A stretch of DNA of 64,000 bases from a virus (IMGVR_UViG_3300020336_000004:31924-95923), one strand, 5' to 3'; counted from the stretch's first letter, positions 10,486-18,915 are shown. A program made the numbers and translations. The notes: a model not told the origin generated them from the sequence alone.

Positions 10486-11264
10486 GGGTCATCACAGTTA
10501 TGAGGATTAGGATCTCCATGAAAAACACAAACCTTACATGTTTCGGGAGGCTTACAATGTTCTACTATTTTAAATTTTCTATCACCTCGCATACCGCCTG
10601 GTAAGAATTGTTTGTCTCTTCTAATTTCCCATTTCCAACTTAGTATCCAATCATCAGGCCAATAAATTGCATTTTTATCAGCTTCATACAACCAATCCTG
10701 ATCTCCGTGCATACGTTTCATAATATTTACGGCACCTTTTTTAAAGCCGGTCCATACATGATCAAGTTGTCCTGTATCAAATCTAACAATACTACTATTG
10801 TACTTTACCCAGCTAGGACGCATTTTTCTAGTAAAGTCTCTAATTGCACACCACCTGCCTGGTTTGTATGTAAACAGCTCGTCTATATTGCCACTTAGAA
10901 TTACATCTAAATCCATATATAATATTGTACCTTTAATAGGTAAGTCTTTAGAAAACATATAAGGTTTGCACCACCATCCTGTAAGTTCGGGTGGCAATGG
11001 GTGTGTAACAATATTACCGTTTAGTCCTTTTGGATCATCAGTTAAACAAACAAATTGATAATCAAGAGTACAGTTACGACTGACCATATCGTATAATCTA
11101 TTAACATATTCTGAAGAATACTTCTTTCCGTGTTTTAAACTTAACAGAAAATATTTTGGTTGAGTAGCAGGTACAATAGTTATACCTGCTTTCTCAGCTT
11201 TTATTTTATTTTTTCTTGCTTTGCGTTCAGCTTTTGTTTCGCCGGCTGTATATGTCTTAGCCAT
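10461..11264 (-). CDS. Glycosyltransferase (GT-A fold)
   Basis: LYMDLDV (DxD), GDQDWL, VFHGDPNP. Confidence 0.8.
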   Translation of the reverse strand: MAKTYTAGETKAERKARKNKIKAEKAGITIVPATQPKYFLLSLKHGKKYSSEYVNRLYDMVSRNCTLDYQFVCLTDDPKGLNGNIVTHPLPPELTGWWCKPYMFSKDLPIKGTILYMDLDVILSGNIDELFTYKPGRWCAIRDFTRKMRPSWVKYNSSIVRFDTGQLDHVWTGFKKGAVNIMKRMHGDQDWLYEADKNAIYWPDDWILSWKWEIRRDKQFLPGGMRGDRKFKIVEHCKPPETCKVCVFHGDPNPHNCDDPWVVENWK

Positions 11265-11736
11265 CTACAAACGACATCTTCTGTACTTGAAAGGGTGTAT
11301 AGATAGCACTATTTGCACCGTGTTCGCTACATTCAACTGACTCACACCAACAACGGTTATCTGTTCCTTCACGTATCAGTTTGTCTGCAAATGCCCATGC
11401 ATGTTCGGCAAATTTTTCTGCACCAACACCGTCAAAAGTTCTAATTTCTGCTAGACCTTTTTCTTCTAGAGCTTTTAGTGTTTCAAGTTCTGGGTCAGCA
11501 ATATCAACTGCTGTCTTGTGATCAAATGAATCTTCAAGCCAAGCCTTCAAAGGTTTTAATCCTCCAAAGTCAACAGCCCAATTTTTTTCATCTAATTCTC
11601 TACAACCAAATGTAAACTTAAATGCTAAACTGTAACCATGTAGTAGGTGACAGTGTGAATGCATTGCTTTGGGTTGACGGAACACTGCTGAAAGTCCTAT
11701 ATTGTGTCCGTATGTTTTAGTACTGTAGTATGCCAT
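11257..11736 (-). CDS. queD: 6-carboxytetrahydropterin synthase (QueD/PTPS family)
   Basis: HCHLLHGY, VDFGGLK, FDHK motifs. Confidence 0.88.
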   Translation of the reverse strand: MAYYSTKTYGHNIGLSAVFRQPKAMHSHCHLLHGYSLAFKFTFGCRELDEKNWAVDFGGLKPLKAWLEDSFDHKTAVDIADPELETLKALEEKGLAEIRTFDGVGAEKFAEHAWAFADKLIREGTDNRCWCESVECSEHGANSAIYTPFQVQKMSFVDG

Positions 11737-11795
11737 ATTTTTCTCCTATAAAACGGCGGAGTATTTTAAGAGGGTCGACGTATAAGTCCTCTAGT
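11737..11795 (-). promoter_or_regulatory. Candidate structured 5' leader of queD (preQ1-I-like architecture)
   Basis: AGAGG-14 nt loop-CCUCU followed by an A-rich tail; loop CUUAUA can pair with UAUAGG, which overlaps the RBS. Confidence 0.4.
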
Positions 11796-11816
11796 GTTAA
11801 TAATGTGTTTATTATA

Positions 11817-12392
11817 TTATAAATTGTCCACAATGTCAAGAGAAACATTTGAAAAAATCCAGTTATCGGGCAAATTCCAATCTTTTTTATTGTAGATAGT
11901 AAATTTTGTATTTGGAAAACATTCAAATATTTTGCCAATTTGATAAATCCAATATCTAGGATCAACTGCATTTTTGTGTGAGTCATCATATCCGTGTGTA
12001 TTTTTATAAATGTTATTTAATTTATTGTCTATACCATATAAATCAAATCCGACTAGATCAACTTTATTGCTCTCTAAAGCGCCTATCAAAATAGCATACG
12101 GTCCACTACCCCAATGAAAAGGATCGTCTGGTCTATTACTTCCTTTATAAGGTAATTCTGGTACAGGGACAACAGGATAACTAAAACCACTAAGCCAATC
12201 TTTGCGAGTATAAATTACTGGCTTATATTCTTGCTCTAATGCTTCTTTAACCATTCTGCGATCAACGCATACTAGGTAATCAACAGGATAGTCTCTAAGA
12301 ACTGCATTACAACCTATAGTAAGATCGTAATCTCTACTCTTTAGGCTTATGTTCTTTCGGCTTTCTCCGTTTCCTATTACTAGACAGGCCAT
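11817..12392 (-). CDS. Hypothetical protein, Maf/sialyltransferase-like Rossmann fold
   Basis: LVIGNGESR, IGCNA, LVGFD. Confidence 0.6.
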   Translation of the reverse strand: MACLVIGNGESRKNISLKSRDYDLTIGCNAVLRDYPVDYLVCVDRRMVKEALEQEYKPVIYTRKDWLSGFSYPVVPVPELPYKGSNRPDDPFHWGSGPYAILIGALESNKVDLVGFDLYGIDNKLNNIYKNTHGYDDSHKNAVDPRYWIYQIGKIFECFPNTKFTIYNKKDWNLPDNWIFSNVSLDIVDNL

Positions 12393-12690
12393 TTAAATCC
12401 TCTTTAATACTTTTTACTTCTGTACTTATTTCAGTAAACTTATCTAATGTGGTTTGAATAGATGTAAGGACATCTCTAATAGATGCCATTGTCCACCACC
12501 ACCATAATATAGTTATAGAGAAAAATACACACGTTAAAATAATTGACAGTTTTGTATAGAACTCGTTCCATCCAAGGTAGTCTGTTAGTAATAATAATGC
12601 TAATGAAATAAGGGGGAGAGCACTTGCAAGTATAACCCATATACGATATTGTGTAAGTCGTTTAACTAACCGGTTGTCTTTTCCTAGCAT
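12334..12690 (-). CDS. Membrane protein (2 TM plus coiled coil)
   Basis: Two hydrophobic segments. Confidence 0.65.
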   Translation of the reverse strand: MLGKDNRLVKRLTQYRIWVILASALPLISLALLLLTDYLGWNEFYTKLSIILTCVFFSITILWWWWTMASIRDVLTSIQTTLDKFTEISTEVKSIKEDLNGLSSNRKRRKPKEHKPKE

Positions 12691-12702
12691 TCATGATTCT
12701 CA

Positions 12703-13812
12703 CTACTTAGATATTTGCCCAAAAGCATTCCACATTCCAGGAGTACCTTCTCTTACACATATCCATCCAACGTAACCTGACGGTGCCGGAGCATCATTCC
12801 ATATTATGTCACCTTTAGAATATGTTCCTGAAGTAGGAATATTATTTGCAACTTCAAATTTTTTGTTTTGGAATCTTACTGGGCCGCTTGTAGTGATACT
12901 TGCATCTTTGGAATAATTTTTAACTCCAACACCAATGCTGTTTTTTATTCTAACATCTTCGTAAATGTCTACTGTGCCGTTTTTGTCAACTTCAATTCTT
13001 GTCGTATCATCAGTGATGATTTGTAGGTTACTAGTTGACCAAGTACCTAATTTAAATTTTTTATCTTCTGTTGGATCAATAACAAATTCGTGATCAAGAG
13101 ATCTAATTGCTAATGCTCCATTAGGATCTGCACAACCTAAACCTAATCGTTGTGTATCACTGTCCCAATATACAAAGTTATCAATATCAACATTGCCATC
13201 TACACTAAGATTTTCTAAAGTACCTACTGTTTGTAAGTTACTTCTTACAACTGTATTGCCTAACTGATTTAGTGATAGAACTTCAGTATTACCTATACTA
13301 AAATGTCTATCTCTTTGTAGGTCTACAATTTCACTTGAGAAAAGCCTATCGGGTTTTGATTGTAGTGTAAACTGTTTAGTAGTTCCTGATGATGGCCATA
13401 TTAAACCTTTACCAAACGCTGGTTTATTTCCTTCGCTTAAGAACTGTAACGGTTCTGTTCTTTCGTTTCTTATGTCTGCACTAATTTCATTTACGTGTAA
13501 TTTAGTAGCAGTTATTTCTCCGTCTACAGTTAGTGCGCCTTTGATGTTTAAACTGTTTTCTACGCTATTAACATGCATAGCAGTAACATGTAAACCGTCA
13601 TTACTTACAGTTAATACAGTTTTGTTTGCTTTATCGTCAATACCTACACTAGAAAAATTAGTAATCTTTCCACCGTTAATTTTATTACCTGATATTGCTC
13701 TATCAAGCGGTTCGGGTGCGACTACAGGCTTGTTCAGTATCTCTTGTAAGGCATCGCCTACACTGTTTAAACCTTCGCGGAAGTTCTGTGTAATCTCATC
13801 ATTAGTGCTCAT
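12703..13812 (-). CDS. Probable virion structural/tail-associated protein
   Basis: Beta-rich; SNLQTVGTLENL repeat; C-terminal GDIIWN...GYVGWIC...GTPG.W motif typical of tail proteins. Confidence 0.65.
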   Translation of the reverse strand: MSTNDEITQNFREGLNSVGDALQEILNKPVVAPEPLDRAISGNKINGGKITNFSSVGIDDKANKTVLTVSNDGLHVTAMHVNSVENSLNIKGALTVDGEITATKLHVNEISADIRNERTEPLQFLSEGNKPAFGKGLIWPSSGTTKQFTLQSKPDRLFSSEIVDLQRDRHFSIGNTEVLSLNQLGNTVVRSNLQTVGTLENLSVDGNVDIDNFVYWDSDTQRLGLGCADPNGALAIRSLDHEFVIDPTEDKKFKLGTWSTSNLQIITDDTTRIEVDKNGTVDIYEDVRIKNSIGVGVKNYSKDASITTSGPVRFQNKKFEVANNIPTSGTYSKGDIIWNDAPAPSGYVGWICVREGTPGMWNAFGQISK

Positions 13813-13823
13813 GTAAGTATTTA

Positions 13824-15116
13824 TCAGATTGTCTTCAGGAGTATAGTTTCAAGATTTATACGCCCGTTGAGCTTAGTATCTGTAGTTTTTATATCATCCA
13901 TGAACTTACGTAGTGCTACTTTACCTGCACCTTTAAACTCTTTTAATTGTTCTTCAGGCTTACGCATTGTCTTTTGTATACTTTCTTCTTCAATAAATCC
14001 AATGATAGTAGTACCTTTTACTTGTAGTCCACTACCTGGTCTTTGCATTCTTTGCGGATCTGGATCTTTAGCAACATATTTTCCTATCTTTCGAGTCTTA
14101 GTATTAAAGACCCAAAGCTCATTTGCGTATATAATGTCTGCAGGATTAATACTTACTAGATTATATTTGTCATCTTGTTTTTTATATTTAAGTTTAGCAA
14201 CAAGTTTTTCTGCACTGTATACTTTTGCTTTACGTGGCCTGCGTGTTGCTTTAGCACTTTCAATTATCATATCACATGCAACAAGAACTTTATCGATAGC
14301 ATTACCCCATAACGTCATTTCTTTTTTAGTTCTATGTGAATATCCTTCTTTTAATTGTTCCCACATGTCTGCTGTATGCTCGTCCATCTTTTTAAGCTGA
14401 GCAGGAGTAGGCATGTTTAACCAGTCATTAATTTCTTTCCACTCTGGTTGGAAAATGTCTTTGATCTTTCTAGCATGAGCTTGTGTAACTTTCATCTGGA
14501 TGAAATGTTTTTTGATATCTAATCCGTCTATTTTAAATGTTTTTGGATCTTCTACAAACCCATCTAACCATATATCTATTTTTTCACATGCGGAATATGC
14601 CTGTGCTAAAATTCTGTCTTGAATAGATATTACAGGCTTCTTGGCTTCTTTAGCTATTTCTTCATCTTTTTCTTTTTTAGCTTCTTTACCTGTATCAATA
14701 GCAATTTGAATACGTCTTTCTAAAAAGTCTATACTAGATTTAAGTTGTCCACTAGTACCTGGAAGACTATCCCAATATTCAGATTCTTTGTTGCTTAGTC
14801 TAGGAGCACCCATCATATCCATACGAGCAACAATACTTGCCGTAATGCTTAATGCATGATTAGGTGCGGCTTTGACCCATCTAATTTGGTCTTCAGTATA
14901 CTTGTCAGTTTGCTTCATCCATTCGTATACATAATCATACAAGTCTACACGTTTAAAGTGTTCATAGTACCAATCATGTGTATGACGTCTAAAGCGATGT
15001 ATTTGTTCGCCTGACCATTCTTCCCAGCCTTCCCAGCTAGGTTCTTTGAGTTTGGCACCCCTTTGTAACCGCGGAGCGGCTCTAGGTTTTCTCTTCTTAA
15101 CTTTCGGTAAGGCCAA
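13824..15116 (-). CDS. Hypothetical phage protein (430 aa)
   Basis: Long ORF with AGGAG RBS and an upstream sigma70-like promoter. Confidence 0.75.
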   Translation of the reverse strand: MALPKVKKRKPRAAPRLQRGAKLKEPSWEGWEEWSGEQIHRFRRHTHDWYYEHFKRVDLYDYVYEWMKQTDKYTEDQIRWVKAAPNHALSITASIVARMDMMGAPRLSNKESEYWDSLPGTSGQLKSSIDFLERRIQIAIDTGKEAKKEKDEEIAKEAKKPVISIQDRILAQAYSACEKIDIWLDGFVEDPKTFKIDGLDIKKHFIQMKVTQAHARKIKDIFQPEWKEINDWLNMPTPAQLKKMDEHTADMWEQLKEGYSHRTKKEMTLWGNAIDKVLVACDMIIESAKATRRPRKAKVYSAEKLVAKLKYKKQDDKYNLVSINPADIIYANELWVFNTKTRKIGKYVAKDPDPQRMQRPGSGLQVKGTTIIGFIEEESIQKTMRKPEEQLKEFKGAGKVALRKFMDDIKTTDTKLNGRINLETILLKTI

Positions 15117-15192
15117 TTTTATTCTCCTAAAAAATTACGTCTACAAAGATTATATAGCCATTTGAGATAAAAGTCTACTTTTTTTGACTTAA

Positions 15193-16512
15193 CTAAACTT
15201 TTTCGCCTGCGTCAAATCCGCGGAATGTTTTGAATCTTGGAAAGCGTAAACTGTACGTTCCATCTTGATTTTGTGTGATAGCATCTGCTCTTACTTCTAC
15301 AAGTTGACCTGGGATATTATCGCGACCAGTCCAAAACTCATCACGATTAACATCACTAAAGCCACTACCGACATTAACATTAATTTTCTTTCCGTCATCA
15401 GTTCCTTCACAAACAAATGCACCAAGTCGTCCTTCATTTCGTCCTGTTCCTTCTTCAACATCTTTAACCTCCAATGTCACTTCTATAAATGGTTTAGCCT
15501 TAAGCCAAGCGTGAGTTCGTTTACATTCATACGGAGCATCAATGTCTTTGATCATAACACCTTCATAACCACCGTCTACAGCCGCTTTATTAAGCCCTAC
15601 AAAGCGTTCTTGTCCTTCTGTGGTGTCTAAGTCTACCTCTTCCCATTCAAGTGCTTGTACGTGCTTTAAAACGCTTCTATGATCCTCTACCCAGTGCTTA
15701 GTAATTTGGCTTCTAAAGCTCTGTGGCTTATCCCAACTACCGTTTTTAAAACAACCTAAAGGAATAGTATCAAACAAATGTAATACTGCATCATCGTTTT
15801 GTACATTGTCTTTACGATGTACCTGTTTCATTAGATCCTGAAAGTTTGCACTCATTACTTCTCCGTCTAGTACTAGCGGATAAGGTACAGGATTTTCTTT
15901 AATTACTGTCTCAATCTCTTCAATAATGTGTCCAAAGTTATGAAACTGTTTTCCATTACGACTAAACATTTCTACTTTGTCGCCTTGGATAATAGTAATA
16001 ACTCTTACACCGTCTAATTTAATTTCAATTTGTTTTTTGCCTACCATCTTCTTTTCATGGTTAGCTGAGTCATGTGCAAGTGAACAAGTAAAAGTAGGAA
16101 TAGCATACTGTGGAAATTTTTTAGCAATCTTGTTTACAGTCTTTTCTGATACACCGCAACGTAAATCTTTTATTAAGATACGTCTATAAAACATATTCCA
16201 TTGTTCTGTAGTAGCAACACCCATTGCAAGTTCAATTGCATCACGTGCCGCATGACCCGTAAGTTCTCTTGCAATAAGTTTATCTGCAAGTTCTTTGAAC
16301 ACATTCCAACTTAGTCCTTGTCCTGTAAGTATATCTGTACGTTCAGGTACCTGCTTTACGCCAAATGTAACAAGTGGATCAAGTGCCATCTGGACACCTT
16401 CGAAAAACTCGTCTAGTCCTTCTTGCATTGCTGATTGAATTACTGCTTCTTTAGCAAGACGACTATTGTCTAATTCTAATTTTTCAATTACTTGTTGTGG
16501 TTGTGTTCTCAT
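15193..16512 (-). CDS. lig: ATP-dependent DNA ligase
   Basis: KLDGVR, VLDGEV, EGVMIK, WLKAK, SLRFPRF. Confidence 0.95.
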   Translation of the reverse strand: MRTQPQQVIEKLELDNSRLAKEAVIQSAMQEGLDEFFEGVQMALDPLVTFGVKQVPERTDILTGQGLSWNVFKELADKLIARELTGHAARDAIELAMGVATTEQWNMFYRRILIKDLRCGVSEKTVNKIAKKFPQYAIPTFTCSLAHDSANHEKKMVGKKQIEIKLDGVRVITIIQGDKVEMFSRNGKQFHNFGHIIEEIETVIKENPVPYPLVLDGEVMSANFQDLMKQVHRKDNVQNDDAVLHLFDTIPLGCFKNGSWDKPQSFRSQITKHWVEDHRSVLKHVQALEWEEVDLDTTEGQERFVGLNKAAVDGGYEGVMIKDIDAPYECKRTHAWLKAKPFIEVTLEVKDVEEGTGRNEGRLGAFVCEGTDDGKKINVNVGSGFSDVNRDEFWTGRDNIPGQLVEVRADAITQNQDGTYSLRFPRFKTFRGFDAGEKV

Positions 16513-16578
16513 GTGTGCCTCTGTATAAATTAATTATGTTTATATATTAGCACAGTTTGTGTAGTATGTCAACTAAAA

Positions 16579-16672
16579 TGGTAGTCCCGGGGGGATTCGA
16601 ACCCCCATCGCTCTCTAATCTGGAGACTGTGCCGAGTATAAGCCGGGTGTTTTACCGTTAAACTACGGGACT
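16579..16672 (-). tRNA. tRNA-Ile(UAU), 94 nt, with an extra ~20-nt hairpin; CCA encoded
   Basis: Acceptor AGUCCCG/CGGGACU-A-CCA; T arm GGGGG-UUCGAAU-CCCCC; anticodon loop CU-UAU-AC. Confidence 0.8.
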
Positions 16673-16675
16673 ATT

Positions 16676-16749
16676 TGGCATAGGTGGAGGGAATCGAACC
16701 CCCATTAACTGGTTTGGAATCAGTTGTGTTACCATTACACTACACCCAT
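16676..16749 (-). tRNA. tRNA-Trp(CCA)
   Basis: Acceptor AUGGGUG/CACCUAU-G-CCA; loop UU-CCA-AA; GUUCGA T loop. Confidence 0.9.
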
Positions 16750-16785
16750 AAAAAAAGCCCCTAACATTATTAGTGCTAGGGGCTT
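16750..16785 (-). terminator. Intrinsic terminator (attenuator) abutting the 5' end of tRNA-Trp
   Basis: AAGCCCCUAGCA-CUAAUAA-UGUUAGGGGC then U7. Confidence 0.85.
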
Positions 16786-16815
16786 ATCTAAAATAACTTT
16801 TTTTATAAAGTCATG

Positions 16816-16875
16816 TCAAGACATACCCCTTTTTAGTGGCCAACATATTATTCGTATTGTATTAGTCTTGATCAT
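16816..16875 (-). CDS. Putative attenuator leader peptide MIKTNTIRIICWPLKRGMS
   Basis: GAAGGAA RBS; codons ATG ATC AAG ACT AAT ACA ATA CGA ATA ATA TGT TGG CCA CTA AAA AGG GGT ATG TCT TGA. Confidence 0.75.
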   Translation of the reverse strand: MIKTNTIRIICWPLKRGMS

Positions 16876-16901
16876 GTATCTATTCCTTCTAGTATAAATT
16901 T

Positions 16902-16930
16902 ACTATACACTCGTTATTTAACAAAGTCAA
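16902..16930 (-). promoter_or_regulatory. Sigma70-type promoter for the leader-tRNA unit
   Basis: TTGACT-17 nt-TATAGT. Confidence 0.75.
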
Positions 16931-17160
16931 CCTTTTTTAGGGTCTTCCGGACGATTTTCTTGATCAGGATGCCAGTGAGTGACATCGCCAGTTAGAAATC
17001 CGTAATCACAATAGAAGATACTCATACCAGGCCAAACCTTGCCTTCTTCATCTTCATACAGTCCTCCATAAGTGCCTCTATGGGCACCTACTAAATCAAA
17101 GTAGTACCAACAGTTAGTTCCTACTTCCGGTAGTCTTTCGTCAACTTGAATCCATTCCAT
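16927..17160 (-). CDS. DUF551-like small phage protein
   Basis: MEWIQVDERLPE...VTHW. Confidence 0.75.
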   Translation of the reverse strand: MEWIQVDERLPEVGTNCWYYFDLVGAHRGTYGGLYEDEEGKVWPGMSIFYCDYGFLTGDVTHWHPDQENRPEDPKKG

Positions 17161-17214
17161 AATAAACTCCTTTCAAATAGATTATTGTGTTTGATGTTTA
17201 TTATGGTATCATTT

Positions 17215-17592
17215 TTATTCGTGTTCGCCACCTGGATCGTTAGGATCTAACGGAACCTTTTTAGCATTGCCTTTTTCGTCTCTCCAAATAGTATATGTTC
17301 TTCCTCTACCGTATGAGTGATAACCGCCCATAAAGTTAAATGCAGTAGGCTTTCTTTTTGCAGTTTCAAATGTTGCTACTGTGACAGCAATAGCACCTAA
17401 TAGAAGTGTATGCAATAACATACTAAACACTCCTGCGTACATACTACCTACGATAATACCAAATACAACACACCACATCCATGCTAATACTTGCATAATC
17501 ATGTGTCTTGTACTGAAGTCAGGAATAGCACTTAAAGGATTTTTCTCATAATCCATTACACTATTCCAACAATCATAAACCCATTCTCTCAT
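17215..17592 (-). CDS. Hypothetical membrane protein
   Basis: Two hydrophobic segments; start MREW after an AAAGG RBS. Confidence 0.7.
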   Translation of the reverse strand: MREWVYDCWNSVMDYEKNPLSAIPDFSTRHMIMQVLAWMWCVVFGIIVGSMYAGVFSMLLHTLLLGAIAVTVATFETAKRKPTAFNFMGGYHSYGRGRTYTIWRDEKGNAKKVPLDPNDPGGEHE

Positions 17593-17648
17593 TTTAAGGA
17601 CCTTTCTATGTATTTTATAAACTATACTAGCACAGGATATGCTAGTTG

Positions 17649-17837
17649 TCAAGTGTTAAGTGAACCTACAGGCTTACAAATATATTCAACTGTATCCCAA
17701 GATCCATCAGCAGGTATTTCCATGTATTCTATAAGCATAGTTTCACACTTTGCTCTAGTTTCAAACCATTGTACATCTTGTTCTAAGCAGGTTGAGCCTG
17801 AACAAACTGTTAATAGTATATGCCAAATGATTTCCAT
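17649..17837 (-). CDS. Small Cys-containing hypothetical protein
   Basis: MEIIWH start after AAGGA. Confidence 0.65.
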   Translation of the reverse strand: MEIIWHILLTVCSGSTCLEQDVQWFETRAKCETMLIEYMEIPADGSWDTVEYICKPVGSLNT

Positions 17838-17852
17838 CTTGTTTCCTTTGTA

Positions 17853-17928
17853 TGGTGCTGGCACCAAGATTCGAACTCGGGACCTACTGATTACAAATCA
17901 GTTGCTCTACCAACTGAGCTATGCCAGC
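17853..17928 (-). tRNA. tRNA-Thr(UGU)
   Basis: Canonical 76-nt cloverleaf; loop UU-UGU-AA; CCA end. Confidence 0.95.
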
Positions 17929-17950
17929 GTCATTTATTTATATTCCATTA

Positions 17951-18040
17951 TGGCGGAGAGTGAGGGATTCGAACCCTCGATACAGTTGCCCGTATAACAC
18001 CTTAGCAGGGTGCCGCTTTCGACCACTCAGCCAACTCTCC
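17951..18040 (-). tRNA. tRNA-Ser(GCU)
   Basis: 90 nt, long variable arm, loop CU-GCU-AA, G73-CCA. Confidence 0.95.
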
Positions 18041-18046
18041 GAAATC

Positions 18047-18466
18047 TTATTTGATGTATCGTAAGGTGTGTGATCTACCGTCATCATCATAAAAAGTAAT
18101 AGTGCTATGACTGTATACTTCTGAAGACATTTCATTATATCTAGTTTCAACAGTGCATTGTGTTCTAGTTCCACCTGTTGCGTTAGAATTATTATGTCCT
18201 AAAATGCCACCAATGATTGCACCTGCGGCGCCACCGTTTTCAATATTGCCAACATTGTTACCAATGATGCCGCCAATGATTGCACCTTTTAATGCATCAC
18301 CAGTTTTGTCTCCGTTAACGTTTACGTCACGGCACACTTCTACACTATACGGTGTTTGACTAATTACAATTTTATAATGATCTGTAATTGTACCTGTAGT
18401 ACTGTAGGCATTTGCAGAGGTTGCAAACAATGCAAACATTCCTGCTATAATTAATTTTTTATTCAA
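18047..18466 (-). CDS. Exported glycine-zipper protein (YcfJ-like)
   Basis: Signal peptide; GAIIGGIIG...GAAGAIIGGILG. Confidence 0.8.
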   Translation of the reverse strand: MNKKLIIAGMFALFATSANAYSTTGTITDHYKIVISQTPYSVEVCRDVNVNGDKTGDALKGAIIGGIIGNNVGNIENGGAAGAIIGGILGHNNSNATGGTRTQCTVETRYNEMSSEVYSHSTITFYDDDGRSHTLRYIK

Positions 18467-18470
18467 GACT

Positions 18471-18887
18471 TTATCCTTTCTCTAGAATTTGGCCTGCCTG
18501 AGAAGATTCGAACTCCTGACCTTCTGGTTCGTAGCCAGACGCTCTATCCAGCTGAGCTACAGGCAGTACTGTTTGGACTCGATCGTATTTAAATGATCTC
18601 CATCCTTTTGCATTAAGGTCCCACACGGTAATTGTACCTTGTTTTGGTTCCTTATCTGATTTTGGTTGATTTTCTTTTGGAATTATGTCAAAACTTTTTG
18701 TGCAAGTCATTACACGTTTGTCACCGTCAAGTTTTAGAAACGTTACTTCCTGTGTTGTTTCTCTTAACAGTTGGATCAGTTCTTTTTCTGTTGGAATCCC
18801 TTTCATGGTTGCTATTGCTTCTTCCACCAAAGATTTCTCCCCAGTTGTCTCTGTACTTTGCATCATCTTGTCCTTTTCTTCTACCAC
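18471..18887 (-). CDS. SH3/Sm-like WYL_2 (DUF2693)-type phage protein; its C-terminus overlaps tRNA-Arg
   Basis: VTFLKLDGDKRVMTCT...VWDL.AKGWRSF; start uncertain. Confidence 0.75.
   Translation of the reverse strand: MVEEKDKMMQSTETTGEKSLVEEAIATMKGIPTEKELIQLLRETTQEVTFLKLDGDKRVMTCTKSFDIIPKENQPKSDKEPKQGTITVWDLNAKGWRSFKYDRVQTVLPVAQLDRASGYEPEGQEFESSQAGQILEKG
18490..18566 (-). tRNA. tRNA-Arg(ACG)
   Basis: CUGCCUG/CAGGCAG-G-CCA; loop CU-ACG-AA; 77 nt. Confidence 0.93.
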
Positions 18888-18915
18888 TACCTTTTCCTCC
18901 TTGCCATTGGCTCAT
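18727..18915 (-). CDS. Small basic hypothetical protein
   Basis: MSQWQGGKGSGRRK...YRDNWGEIF; ATG overlaps the upstream stop. Confidence 0.5.
   Translation of the reverse strand: MSQWQGGKGSGRRKGQDDAKYRDNWGEIFGGRSNSNHERDSNRKRTDPTVKRNNTGSNVSKT

Noticed and set aside
17608-18174. ORFs 17608..17997 and 17938..18174
   Set aside because: They overlap tRNA-Thr, tRNA-Ser and real genes and have no protein-like motifs, unlike the tRNA-Arg case where a recognisable domain leads into the tRNA.
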